Assembly (NCBI RefSeq): GCF_001194135.2
Contig: NC_068999.1
Location: 36,997,374 to 37,061,373 of the forward strand
DNA length: 64,000 bases
Source of the DNA: Octopus bimaculoides
Taxonomy: Eukaryota
Direction: 5' to 3'
Shown: positions 13,644 through 26,429 of the stretch, piece by piece
Position numbering within the stretch: the stretch's first letter is position 1
Layout: the number at the start of each line of letters is the position of its first letter
The notes under the pieces: model-generated
Databases searched by the model: none
Told to the model about the DNA's origin: nothing
Seen by the model: the letters and a program-made list of their open reading frames with translations, nothing else
Made by a program: the position numbers and the translations under genes

Positions 13644-14360
13644 GATTTTTTAATGTTCATGTTGGTAACAACCATACCAGCATGGAGAGTATATGCTAAA
13701 TGATGTTATACAATAAAACTATCCTTATGTTACTAAGTTAAATTTGTTTTATCTAAACAAAAAATAGACACATGTCTCAGAATTGGTAAATATCCATGTG
13801 AGGTGTATACCACATGGAAGATTCAAAGGTGTTAAGACACAGAAGGCTCAATCATGCATAATACATACATATATGCAGTTGGGGTTTTGATTATAAACTT
13901 CTGCATTCAATTCCTGGACCAGACAGTACATTGTTAACTTGATATTTGACTAGAATTTTGAATGTTTAACATCATTTATACATTAAAGAACAATTCCAAC
14001 TTCAAAGAGCTACTCTATCATCTTATTCTGATGGATAAGAATACAGTCTATGAGAAGTGACATCCTCCAGTTGTTGTTTACATGGGGGTAACCAAAAGAA
14101 GCCAGAATTATTTTGCAATATTATTTTCTTTTCTTAGTTTTAAATGTTTACAATGTCATCACCTCCAAAGTTCTCTCCATTTGAAGCAATGCATCGGTTC
14201 AGATGTTTTCCACTCTTGCAAAGTGACGCCTTTCAACGCCTCTGTCATTTTTCCCCCTTCATCTCTTCCGCATCTGCAAAACGTTTTCCTTTAAGGACTT
14301 TTTTCATTCAGGGGAACAGAAAATTTTGCAGAGAGCAAGATCGGCTGGAAAGGGAGGGTG

Positions 14361-14490
14361 GGTAAGCAATGGCCCAGTGGTTAGGGCAGCGGACTCGCGG
14401 TCATAGGATCGCGGTTTCGATTCCCAGACCTGGCGTTGTGAGTGTTTATTGAGCGAAAACACCTAAAAGTTCCACGAGGCTCTGGCAGGT
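14361..14490 (+). mobile_element. tRNA-derived SINE head
   Basis: A box TGGCCCAGTGG at 14370, B box GGTTTCGATTCCC at 14413; no full cloverleaf. Confidence 0.75.
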
Positions 14491-14524
14491 GATAAGCCTA
14501 TATGGCTAATTAATGAAATAAAGC

Positions 14525-15527
14525 AGGGTCATGCCATTTAGGGTCAAAAATTGTCCCGTACTCAAGGCAGTGCGCACAACCACATTGTCATGATGAAACC
14601 ACCACTCACCACTTTTCCACAAATCAGGGCATTTTGTCTCACTGCATCTAGTAGATGCTTCAGAACTGCAAACTAAAATGTCTGGTTAACAGTTTAATCA
14701 GATGGGACAAATTCAGTGTGGACAATTCCTTTTGCATTCATAAAACAAATCAGTATCATCTTCGCTTGACACACTTTTTGGGGGTTTGGTAGCATTGAAT
14801 GCTCACATTGGCTTGATTGCTGCTTCATTTCCAGGTTGTAGCCAAAACACCACCTTTTGTCACCAGTGAAAACCTTTAAGTAAAGGTCCAGATTAACTTC
14901 CAACTGTTCTTGCAGTTTATGACATGCATTCAGTTTTGTCTGCTTTTAATCTTCCTCGAGCAAGTGAAGGACAAATTTTGTTGCAACTCTTTTCATTAAT
15001 AATTCCTAGCTCAAAAATTTGTTGGCAAAGCTCCATAACACCCCAGTCATATCAACCACTTCATTGACTGTTCGGTGATGGCTGTCCAAGATCAGTTCAG
15101 GAATTTTCATGTTTTCATTCGTTTGGGAGGTCAACAATCGCCCTGAACACAGTTGGTCTTCAAGTGATAAGTGACCATTCCTAAAGCGTGAAAACCACTC
15201 ATAAACCTGTGTTTTGCTCATGATAGCAGTGTCCTTGTAAACTGTTTGAAGCATGACAACTGATTTGGCTGCTGTTTTCCCCAGCAGAAAACAGAATTTC
15301 ATGGAAGCACAGTGTTCCTTCATTTCAGCCATCACAAAAATTGATGAACAGAGGAGAAGCACTGCAATACAGTCACATTGCATCACAGTATGACCTCATG
15401 GGATGCTACCAGTCAGCAGGCTGATGCCTGAGGGCCCCATCAAGTGGCTTCTAGCTGTGGAAGCCTGAACTCCAACAGGCTTGGTCCACAGAAAATGTTT
15501 CTAGTTATTTTTGAGTAGCCCCTCGTA
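14525..15527 (-). mobile_element. Mariner transposon, 3'-truncated and decayed
   Basis: TA-CGAGGGGCTACTCAAAAATAACTAG terminus at 15527; KFCFLLGKTA...VYEWFSRFRNG..SLED..SGR HTH; WCFGYNLEMKQQSSQ; WWFHHDN; multiple stops and frameshifts. Confidence 0.88.
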
Positions 15528-15807
15528 TTCCTCTACTTTATCCCTGATTGAACTAGCATTCCACTATTACCTTACTGTTTTTATAATCATTTACGACCAC
15601 ATTATTCATTGTATCCTCCCTATTTCTTAAGATGATAGTGAGTTCCAAGAATTTGGTTGTTATTTGTAGCAGGTTAAGATCAAATATTCACACAGAGATT
15701 TCTTCAGTTTCTCATGATCCAGTTTATTCACTAGAGGAACTTAGCCAATGTAGATTAAAATGTTCTATGTAAAGCAACAACACAATGCCTGAAGCAGATA
15801 GGTGCTA

Positions 15808-17038
15808 TTAGGTCATCAACTATGAAATTTGTAGTAAGGTATACGGTAAGCTTTGACAGTTGCTCATTTTGTGCCATTATTATATTTTGACAATCTTTAT
15901 TTTTGGTTAGAAAGCTGACACATCTATTTCTTTATTCTAACTCGTTTTGCACTTTACAAAGTATTTATAAATCATTTTTTGCTGTTTTTGGCTTAGAGGT
16001 GGATAAATCAGAAATTCATACAGTTTTGAAATATAAGTGTTTTCTTGGAAATACAGCATTGCAGACAGCCTGGTATATTAATGGAGTATGTCGTTCTAAT
16101 GTTATTACACAGCAGACAGTATCAAATCAGTTTGCAAAATTTTGTTCTGGTAACTTCGACCTCACAAATGAGCAATGCAGTTGACCAGAAACAAAAGTGG
16201 ATAATGACAAACTGAAAGTCACCGTCGAGTCAGATCTATCTTAAAGTGTCCCTGAATTATCATTGTTGTTTGGTGTTAGCAAGCAAACAGTATTTACTCA
16301 CCTAATTCAAATAGATAAAGTGAAACAGTAGGATAGGTGGGTTCCACATGAACTCAGTGAAAATTAGAAACAGCAACGTTTGGAAGCCAGCATTATGCTA
16401 CTTTCTCGTCACAAAAAATTAATCATTTTTAAATCGAATTGTAATGTGATGAGAAATGGATCCTATACAACAACTGTCAACGTTCAGCACAATGGTTGGA
16501 CAAAGATATGTGACCAAAACAGTCCAAAAAGCAAAATTCATCAAAAGAAGCTGGTGGTCTGGTGCAGGTGTGATCCATTATGATTTCATTAAACCTGGCT
16601 CATCAATCATGGCCATAGTATACTGCAGACAACTGGACCGAATGATGCAGAAATTTAAAAAAAAAAAAAAAAAAAAAAAAGATCCACTCCTATTTAATTG
16701 CAAGACAACACCAGACCACACATGGTAAAAATGTCATTGGTGAAAATACAGTTCTCCATCATCCACCGTACTCACCTGATCTTGCCCCTACTGACTACCA
16801 CTTCTTTTTAATGGGAAAATAATTAATTCCAATGATGCTGTAAAACAGGCCTTCCAAGATTTTATTCACTCTCGATTGCCAGGCTTTTAAATATCCAGGC
16901 TAAACAAGCTAATCCTGAAATGGCAAAAGTGTATTGACAATATGGGTGCATAATTTGATGAATAAAACTATTCCTTATGTTTATAAAACATTAGCAAACT
17001 TTTTCTCTTTTCTACAAATTTCAGAATTGATGACCTAA
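15808..17038 (+). mobile_element. Full-length decayed mariner (Mos1-like) with both TIRs and TA target duplication
   Basis: TIRs TTAGGTCATCAACTATGAAATTTGTA / TACAAATTTCAGAATTGATGACCTAA (2 mismatches), TA on both sides, 1231 bp; DKSEIHTVLKY...SGNFDLTNE, WVPHEL, SPDLAPTDY motifs, with stops. Confidence 0.93.
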
Positions 17039-17333
17039 TAATTTCTTGTGAATAGTAAATCTAAAAATTTTATCACATGTATTAGGCATTAAATTACGAC
17101 AGTTAAGATTGACCAGATTATCAAGTATCTGTTCTACAAGACAGTTAAGTGAGCAAAGACAATGTTAAGTAAATTACTTTGTGGATCAGAAGTCACAGAT
17201 TTTAAACAAAAAGGCTAATACTTCACTACCACTTCATCTTTTCATTTAAACTAATAATATTTTCTTTCTCTACCCTACCTATGTTGAGTGTCTTCACTTT
17301 CCTTTTCATTACAAAAAACATCAATATTCACAG

Positions 17334-17645
17334 AAAATTTTACACCAATTAAACACACAAAGGAAGTCAATGCACCCTTAAAAATGGCTCTACCACCTTA
17401 CAATGGTTTTGGAAGCGAAGAAGACTCCCTTAGTAATTGTCGATCTATCATTCCAAAAGTTCCACAGAAAGATTTCCTTAAATTCATGAAGTATGACAGA
17501 TCAGGGTTCAACAGCAATATTCTACGGTTCCTCGCCAAACTGAAAATACCTGTTGTTTCTGCAGATAAAAACAGGGATTTCATTATCAGTTATTATCTAT
17601 CAGATGATACTATATCTGTCTTTGAGCCTGTAATCAAGAACTCTG
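17334..17645 (+). CDS. EFHC2: EFHC2 exon (DM10 domain 3, N-terminal part)
   Basis: tcacag/gtaaag, 312 nt, phase 1/1; ...LPPYNGFGSEEDSLSNC...PKVPQKDFLKFMKYDRSGFNSNILRFLAK...RDFIISYYLSDDTISVFEPVIKNSG. Confidence 0.95.
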
Positions 17646-18590
17646 GTAAAGTATTTTGCCTGTTTTTAAATCCTCTTTGCCTTTTATATTTTGTGTGTGC
17701 ATTGTCTGAATTTGTTACTGTAATATTGTTATTGTGGATGTGTTGTTGTTGTTGTTGTCATTGTTTAGTTATAGATCATCTTTGATCAAGCATTTTACAG
17801 CTGTGATCATAACCATTTTCTACTTCTAGATATAAAGTATCTACAACAACATCATCAATGAAAATATGATTTGATGGTAAATGAGCTGAAATTTCTTGAG
17901 AGTTGAGAGTAAATATAAGATCCTGTTGACTCAGGCTTTTTTTTTTTAATCAGACTCTTACATTGACTCTGATTAGACATTCCAGCTATGGCCATATTAT
18001 TCTTTTAAATAACAGTAATTTCCTTTTAGTATATATAGAACTACGTTGCACATATCCATTTTTTAAAATAGATAGTAGAGTATGACTTGAGTGAGATGCA
18101 GCTGCTATTTTTAGCAGGCCTTGTAACTGTGGAGAATCTTTAAGAGGTGCCTTGTCCAAATTTTATACGGATGTTTACCTCTTAATGTTGACTTATAGAT
18201 ATCAAAGGTCAAGCACATGGACCTCACACTTGAAATGACCACAAAGTTCATGGCTCTGTCCCTGCTCTCCCTTATCTAAATTTTTCAATATCTTTTCCCC
18301 TGTATCTCTGTTTTATTGTTAGTAGTTTGTATTATTCCATACATCATCCATTTTTCCATACATTATCAGATATACCTCATTTATCAATATCTCCTCATGT
18401 CATAGCTTTGTGATGTTCTTCTACCCTTGTTTTGAGGTGGGTGGGGTGGGGGGGGGCATGTTTCGCCTTTGTACAACCTACCACAGCTTCATGGGATGGA
18501 GCTGATGCAATCTTTTGGCTATATTCTCTTACTTGAAGGAGATATTTGTGAAGTGTTGTATTACTCTTGAGAAGTGTTGTATTATTTTAC

Positions 18591-19140
18591 CCTCAAAATA
18601 AGGGCAGAGGAACATCGCAGAGCTATGACAGGAGGAGATGTTGAAAGATCAGGTATAGCTGATCATATATCGAAAAATGGAGACCACCTCCTCCTATGAG
18701 ATGAAGTTAAAATAATAGAGAACACCACTGAAAAACACAAAAACTAAAAGAGGCAGCACATATGCTACGGCATAACTTCCTAATTAGACCTAGTGCAGAT
18801 AGGAGTAGCATATGGGAACCAGTATTAAGGGAGGGTCGGAAAATATTAGATTTATAAGCCCTAAAATTCACTCCATAATCGCCCATGGGTATATGGTGTA
18901 TTGGTTAAGAGCACAGGCCAATAACCCCAAGATTCCGAGTTCGATTCCAGGCAGTGACCTGAATAATAATAATAATAATATCAAAAAAATACCTTAGGAA
19001 TGAGAACCGAAGTTCGAAATTCCCCTAGGTCAAGAGTACATCAGCCAAAACATTGTGATAACAACAAACAAGATGAGGACAAATGTCCATCAAATGTAAT
19101 TAATGTACAATAATTCCTCATCTCTCAAATATACAATTGT
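18591..19140 (+). mobile_element. Penelope-like element 3' end (GIY-YIG C-terminus + tRNA-like cassette + tail)
   Basis: LKIRAEEHRRAMTGGDVERSGIADHI...DEVKII; homologous to 59309-59767. Confidence 0.8.
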
Positions 19141-20041
19141 ACTGGGGTTAAAGTAATCAAATTACCCTGTCCCATAAAATTTCAGGCCTTGTGCCTATAA
19201 TAGAGAGGATTGTTATTGTTAAGGCTATAAGCTGGCAGAATTATTAGACTATCTTATATATGTGATGAAATTTACCAAGGAGGACATCATCCTGGTGATG
19301 AGGACATATATGGAGTATTCAATTTTTAACAATGACCAGTAATGTATCCCTGAAACAGCTGTGAATGAAACATCCTCCTATTTTTGGGATCCTATTTTAT
19401 TTATGTTTTCCCTTATATCTACTGTTATTTCTATCTTATTTTATATATGTATAAGTGATTTTTAGTCGATTTAGGTGATTTGCTATTTTAAAGGTTGATG
19501 TTTTTATTCAAATTTATCAATCTCTCATTCATTTTGCACCTCCTATATTTATCATGCATAATGCCTTACATGTAAATTTTATTTGTATGTAATTTTATAT
19601 GTATTTTTATATATTATCATTTTTCGCCTATATTTTAATGTATGTTTGGTTTTATTCTTTATAACATTGGAGAATCTTTACACCTCTTCATGCATGATTG
19701 ATGTTGATATGTATAGATATATATGACTCAACTAATTTGATTAAATATTTTCATCTATCATCATCATCATTTTATGTCCATTTTCCATGCTGACATGAGT
19801 TGGACGGTTCAACTGGTTCTGGTAAGCCAGGAGGCTACACCAGACTCCAGTCTGATCTGGCAGTGTTGCCATTTATTATTGTTATATTTTCATTCACCCC
19901 CAAGGGTGGTTGACTGGCAGAATCATTAAAGCATAAAATAAAAATCTCTTGTAATATATCATTTAACTGGAGCTTATCATATTTCATATGTGTATTTCGT
20001 GTGCAAGATTCTTGATGTGGATACGCATGTTGAAATAAATA

Positions 20042-20137
20042 CAATTAAACCTTGGGAGAGGCATTATGCCGGTAATAAAGGACTGAACCAGTGCGTGTGT
20101 TTATTACCGGCATAATGCCTCTCCCAAGGTTTAATTG
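20042..20137. mobile_element. 96-bp Tc1/mariner-type MITE with perfect terminal inverted repeats
   Basis: 41-bp perfect inverted repeat including flanking TA (20039-20079 / 20100-20140) and a 20-nt spacer. Confidence 0.8.
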
Positions 20138-20336
20138 TATATCATTTGGCATTTTATGTTATGAGATCTGTTCCTGCCAAAGCAAAATTTGCTTTTCATC
20201 TTTCTGGATCAATAAAATAAAGTATTAATCAGGTTCTTTCATTGATTTAAGCAACTGATCTACTTTCCTCAAAATTCTTAGCCTTGTGCTTCTCAAAGAA
20301 AAGCTATTTTATCTCCTTTTTCTCAATAATGTCAAG

Positions 20337-20530
20337 GTTTTGTTGGTGGCAAGTTTTTGGAGCGGAGTCGCATGAAAAAACATGAGCAAAAATTCAACAC
20401 TGAACTCTCTAAGTATTATTTAGCAGAAGATTTGTTTGTTGGAAATACAGTGGAGTTTGTTAATCATCAGTTTCTTATAACAGACATCGATGAGTATACA
20501 CTGAGGTTTATGGAAACAAGAGCTGATCAA
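20337..20530 (+). CDS. EFHC2: EFHC2 exon (end of DM10 domain 3)
   Basis: gtcaag/gtaagt, 194 nt, phase 1/0; GFVGGKFLERSRMKK...YYLAEDLFVGNTVEFVNHQFLITDIDEYTLRFME. Confidence 0.94.
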
Positions 20531-20959
20531 GTAAGTGCATGTCTTTTATTTATTGCCAAAGAAGTTTCTTTGGCAACCATGTGGTTTTGGGTTCAGTTCC
20601 ACCTTATAGCACCTTGGGCATATGCCTTATGTTTTTGCTTAGGTCTGACAAATACCTTGTAAGTGAATTTAGTGAACAGAAACTGTCAGAAGCCTGTTGT
20701 ATATATACATATATATACATGTGTGTGTATGTATGTATGTCTGTATGTATGTATCTATATATATATATATATATNNNNNNNNNNNNNNNNNNNNNNNNNN
20801 NNNNNNNNNNNNNNNNNNNNNNNNNNNNNNNNNNNNNNNNNNNNNNNNNNNNNNNNNNNNNNNNNNNNNNNNNNNNNNNNNNNNNNNNNNNNNNNNNNNN
20901 NNNNNNNNNNNNNNNNNNNNNNNNNNNNNNNNNNNNNNNNNNCAAAAGTTGGAAGACGA

Positions 20960-21700
20960 CGGGATAAATTTCATCAGTTGGCTATAAAAGGAGATAATAA
21001 TTTTTCCTTAGTGCAAGTTTTCAAGAGTGCAGTTCAATTTGAACAGTTATATTTTAAAAGCTATAATTGAAGTGAAAAAGGAGAATATTCAGTATATTTT
21101 GCTTTATGAGTTCAATAAAGGCAACAACACAATGGAAAATGTGAGGAATATTAATGCAGTATATGGGGATCAGACAATAAGTGTAAGCCAGTATCAATGG
21201 TGGTTCCAGAAATTCTGAGCTGGAAACTACAGCCTAGAAGACAAGCCTCATCCTGGAAGATCTGTAGAGCTTGATAAGGGTTTCCTGCAAACCCTGATAG
21301 CTGTTGAGGAACTAGCAGAACAACTTGGATTTAGTCATTCAACCATTCATCGACACCTGTGTGCCATCAGAAAGGTCAGCAAATTGGGTCAATGGGTTCC
21401 TCACAAACTTTCCGAGTCTAATTGCATGCAGAGAGTGAATGTGTGCTCTTCTTTGCTGCCATGTTTCACAAATGAGCCTTTTTTGGACTGAATAGTGACT
21501 GGTGATGAGAAATAGGTTCTCTATTAAGATGCCAAGTGCTGAAAACAGTGGATAGGGAAAGGAGAAACACCAGCACCCCAGGCTAAAGAACGTCTTCACC
21601 CACGTAAGGTGTTGTTATCTGTTTGGTGGGATATGAAAGGTTTAGTCCACTTTGAACTTTTAAACTCAAACCAAATGATAACAAAGATCTACTGCAAGCA
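20960..21700 (+). mobile_element. Mariner (Mos1-like) 5' fragment
   Basis: ILLYEFNKGNNT...NINAVYG...QWWFQKF, GQWVPHKL, IVTGDEK, TPAPQAKERLHPRKVLLSVWWD. Confidence 0.88.
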
Positions 21701-21714
21701 GTAGTGTTAGTCTT

Positions 21715-22165
21715 GAAGAAGGGCAAAATCAGATTATGGATAACGTTGGGGGAGGTTATGAAGCAAATAGAAGAGACGGGCTATGAGTATTTGAGGATAC
21801 TGGAAATGGATAAATTGATGGAGAAAGAAATGACAGAAAAATTCTAAGGTGGAGTACTTGCACATACTGAGACTGATAGAAAAAAAAAAGGGGGAGGAAG
21901 AAAGACAGGGAGAAAAAGCAAAGAGAATAAAAGGAAAAAGAAAAGAAAATTACAGGAAAAGGAAATAAAATTTACATGTTCTTCTCAATATGTCTAACAT
22001 ACCAGTTAAGACAATCTTTTGCACTTCCTGCATGGATTATAATCCAGAGATCATCCTCAAATAATTTTCAGCTTCTTTTTTGATCATTCCAAGTGCTCCT
22101 ACAATCACTGGTTTTGTAACCATGTTCAGATGCCACATCTTTTTGATTTCTATCAGCAATTCTTT
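21715..22165. mobile_element. Two Dong/R4-like fragments (+ RT thumb at 21715-21860; - endonuclease end at 21985-22165)
   Basis: GYEYLRILEMDKLMEKEMTEKF on +; MWHLNMVTKPVIVGALGMI on -. Confidence 0.55.
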
Positions 22166-22360
22166 ATACAATTTGTTCATTTAGTGTGCTGTTTGTTTGA
22201 ATGATGATATAAATACAAATGATTATGATAATGAAAATTGTAGAAGATGGTGATGATGATGATAATAGGGATCTTGACCATGATGATGATTTTGCTTTTA
22301 CCATTTTCCAACCTTTCTTATGATTTTTTTTATTTGTTTTCTTTTTCTTTAACTGAACAG

Positions 22361-22695
22361 TTTCCAACATCAAACATAAAGCTGATCCTTGAAAAAATTA
22401 AAAACTCCAGAAAAATTGGAAGAAATGATTTTCTGAGGAAGTTCTATGCAAAAACAAATGGTGATGAGTCTTCAGCAGTTGTCAGCTACCTTGATTTCTC
22501 ATCGGTGTTGTCTGAATGCCAATTAGACCTTTGTGAACATGAAATTCTTGTGCTGGCCCGTCACTATGGCAACAAAAGAAACCCTGAAGATAACTTTGAA
22601 AGATTGGTCAGCTGTGTCCGGGAACAGTTAAAGAAAGTCAATTATGAAGACTACCATAAGATTTTGGCACGGTTCAAATATGAAGATCGCTCTGA
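22361..22695 (+). CDS. EFHC2: EFHC2 exon (EF-hand region)
   Basis: long pyrimidine tract + aacag / gtaagt, 335 nt, phase 0/2; FPTSNIKLILEKIK...DLCEHEILVLARHYG...VREQLKKVNYEDYHKILARFKYEDRSE. Confidence 0.9.
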
Positions 22696-22730
22696 GTAAG
22701 TATTAACTGATGATGGCAATGATAATGAAT

Positions 22731-22766
<36 letters not shown>

Positions 22767-23109
22767 TCTTATCATAATCATCATCATGACTGTCTTAATG
22801 CCCACTTTCCCTACATGAGGCAGATTCTCTGTCAGTTTTCTCACCTGTTTTCAAAAAAAAAAGGTAATAATACCTAGCCTATTGAATGATAAACAATTAA
22901 AAAGTGAACTAGAAAACAAATAAGACTGATTGAATAGCTCCTTCCTTTTCTACTCAGGTTTCTAATATTATTTTACTCTTTCTCGGTTTGCCATTTTTTG
23001 AAGCTAGGTACAATTTGAAAGATAAGCAATATTAGTTTACATTATAGTTTTCAAAATAGTATTTTATTTTTTATTTAGACAGAGGCCCTGGGAAGGAGTA
23101 GAGGTTTTG

Positions 23110-24090
23110 AGTTTTATCTGAGAAGACACATACACATAGAAAATTTCTTTACATTAGATATAATCCTCAACCTACCTAGTTGCAATGATGCTACCCTTAG
23201 AAACCCCACCCAACTCAATAATATCACCCTAATGCGACCCTCCACAATACTACCCATATGACCACATACACCAATGGCCATACCACCTCCAACTCCAACA
23301 CTGGTTATTGATAATGCCTCTTGCTTTTCTCTTCTGCTAACTAGCCACAACAAACCTAACCTTCTCAATGATTAATTCCAATCCCATTACAAGCAGGAAA
23401 AGCTGCAACTTTCAGGTGTCTCAACTATGCCCTCTTTCAAGTTTCTGTCTGTGCAAATGCATAGTAGTAACACCACACTCCCACCAAACAAGGGTCTATT
23501 TCGGAGGCACTGTTGATTTTAAGAGACACTACTGAGCACTCATAAAATCTTTTTCCAATTCAACTTTTAAATTATCTACCTCTTCAGCAACTTAAATACA
23601 CAACCGCAAATCCCCAGATATTCCTTATACATTGTCCTGGCCCATCATCAGTAAGGCTTCCCCATACAACACCAACCTTGACATTTTTATACTGTTTAAG
23701 GGAATCGCTAACCTTTGCAACCACAACTCTTCATTAATTAAGACATTCTCAGAATCCTTTGATGTAAACACAGGTACTAAACATCATTTTTCCATTTTGT
23801 GAAATCTATGTAACCCCCTAATTACGATTAACCTTAACTACATTTAATATTAAGTTACAAACTTGTTCACACTAATAACTAAAACCTTTCTGCTACATAT
23901 TCATTCTGAATATTACCTTTGATGATTACTCCTGCCCAGAACATCCACCCTTACAGCCACCCTTAACCTCGTTCCTTGAATTTCATTTCTCCATCTCCTC
24001 CTTGCTTCTTCAAACAAAACTACTCTTTGAAGCTGACCCATCCTCATTCCTAAAATTCACCCATTGCCACTTCACTAAAATATGATTAAC
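23110..24090 (-). mobile_element. Heavily decayed LINE fragment (probable ORF1 end and AP endonuclease start)
   Basis: AFAQTET followed by EGIVETPE..SF...WDWN.S.RR.G resembles an APE N-terminus; family not assignable. Confidence 0.35.
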
Positions 24091-24415
24091 TTTTAGTAGA
24101 AAGTGGGTTATACATCTTTAGATTGTATACCTGACTTTCTACTATAAAATTAAAGAAATAGACGGAACGCTGAACTCCAGACTAAACAACTTAAACAATA
24201 TTTATTTAGATGGTAAAACATACATATCTTTAGTTATACATCTTTAGAGGTGAGAATAACGAGCTGTCGAGTATAAGACCGAAAGATGTAGGGACAGCTT
24301 TTAANNNNNNNNNNNNNNNNNNNNNNNNNNNNNNGGGAAACACTTGCTTTATTAATTCTACGCATGCACAGGTGTTACTACAAACTCTTTCCCCACTTTT
24401 CTCTCACTCACTACA

Positions 24416-24461
<46 letters not shown>

Positions 24462-24463
<2 letters not shown>

Positions 24464-24780
24464 AATCTTGCAGGCGTGAAGTGGATTTGATCCACTATAC
24501 CCAAATTTGACTTAACACTGCGTCAGAACTTTTCCCACGGTGGAACAACGGTTTTGATCTGTCAGCAGTTAGATATGACCCAGACGCCTTTAGCCAGGCC
24601 GAAATTCTTTACCTTGTATGCTTTACGTACAAACTGTTATACTATTACACTGGCCTACCCGTCGTGGTATGGCATTTATTAACGTAACGGTAGATAAATA
24701 TTTCTATAAAAACTTCGATCACTCTTCATCGTTCATCTTATAACCAGTACAATTGGTAAATAATACTTATTGTTACAATG
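24462..24780. repeat. Same repeat family, internally deleted copy
   Basis: Colinear with 2250-2990 but lacks about 2391-2798. Confidence 0.6.
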
Positions 24781-24847
24781 GGTGACACATCGACTACACA
24801 ACACAATAACATTAACCGTTACATTGGTAACCCTACCGTTACATATG

Positions 24848-24926
<79 letters not shown>

Positions 24927-24946
24927 GGGATGAGGTNNNNNNNNNN

Positions 24947-24974
<28 letters not shown>

Positions 24975-24988
<14 letters not shown>

Positions 24989-25495
24989 GGGATGAGGTGG
25001 TGAAGCATGACCTTTGAACATTGGGCCTCACAAAGGCAATGACAGGAGATTGTGACCTTCAGAGATATGCTGTGATTGAGAAGATCCAACAACTAAAGTG
25101 AGATCGCAGCCATGGCCAATGCCAGTGTTGCATGTCCAACCCATTTATGAGTACCCTTGATGCATCAGGCGATATGATATGCTTGAGAAGACCTGTTGAA
25201 TCAAGTAAATCCAAAATTGTAGCTGTGGCCATTGGCCCCTGTTCCAGTGGCACGTAAAAAGCACTATCTGAATATGATAGATGCCAGGACCGCCTGACTG
25301 GTTCCTGTGCTGGTGGCACGTAAAAAGCATCCACTATACTCTTGGAGTGGTTGGCATTAGGAAGGGCATCCAGCTGTAGAAACACTACCAGATCAGATTA
25401 GAGCCTGGCGCCTCCTACTAGCTTGCCAGTCCTTGGTCAAACCATCCCACCCATACCAGCATGGAAAATGGACATTAAATGATGATGATGAATGA
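24975..25495 (+). mobile_element. RTE 3' UTR copy (sense orientation)
   Basis: Same 3' UTR as 54700-55285; ends GGACATTAAATGATGATGATG. Confidence 0.75.
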
Positions 25496-25684
25496 TGTCA
25501 CACACACATACATATATGTATATAGCCTTACATATACATATATACACATACATACATAAACACACTCACACACACATATAAATATATGTATATATACCAA
25601 CATATGCATATCATGTGTGTATATGTATACATGTGTGAGTGTGTATATACATACACATGTATATATACATGTGTGTGTGTGTGT

Positions 25685-25743
<59 letters not shown>

Positions 25744-25777
25744 AAGTATGGGGTTTTAGTTCACAGGTGATCTAAAC

Positions 25778-26050
25778 CAGGGGTTTTCAAACTGTGGTCC
25801 ATGGACCACAGGGGGTCCGTGGACAGCAAATACTTTTTATGGCCAATTTGATTTTATATATGTTTTGTATTCGAAATTTTTTAACTGACAATAAACCTAT
25901 TTGTTAAATACTGTTAAATAAACAAATGTAAAAATATGTTATTTTAAGCAAATATTTATGTATAAATTTCATAAGCGTTTATAAGGGGGTTTCTAAGGTA
26001 AAGCCTGAAATATAAAGGGGTCAGCAAGTCAAAAAGTTTGAAAACCCCTG
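25778..26050. mobile_element. hAT (Charlie-like) MITE, 273 bp
   Basis: TIR CAGGGGTTTTCAAAC at both ends; perfect 8-bp TSD ATCTAAAC (25770-25777 and 26051-26058). Confidence 0.92.
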
Positions 26051-26429
26051 ATCTAAACAATTAGGTACGCTAGGCAATTTTTTCCCAATAATAATATTGT
26101 ATACTACTTGAGATGTTTGCCTTGCCTTAATGTTTGGTGTCCTCTTTAGCAATTATATATATACATACATGTATTTGAAAAAATGATCAGAAATGGCTTT
26201 TCTGATAATTTTTCCACTTTAATAATTAGATCTTTATTAGTTATTAAGCATAATCTTTTTTTAAATACCTAATAACTTACAAACATCTCAGTATTAAAGT
26301 GGAAAAATTATCAGAAAAGTGATTTCTACACCTACAATACTGAACCAAAGGCTTTCTAGTTTTTATTTTACTACACACACACATGCACCTATTTAATTTA
26401 TCTTTCACTAGTTTCAGCTAGAGGCTGGG

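Noticed and set aside
24733-25744. ORFs rich in THTH/VCVC/YIYI repeats
   Set aside because: Translations of (CA)n, (GT)n and (TA)n microsatellites.
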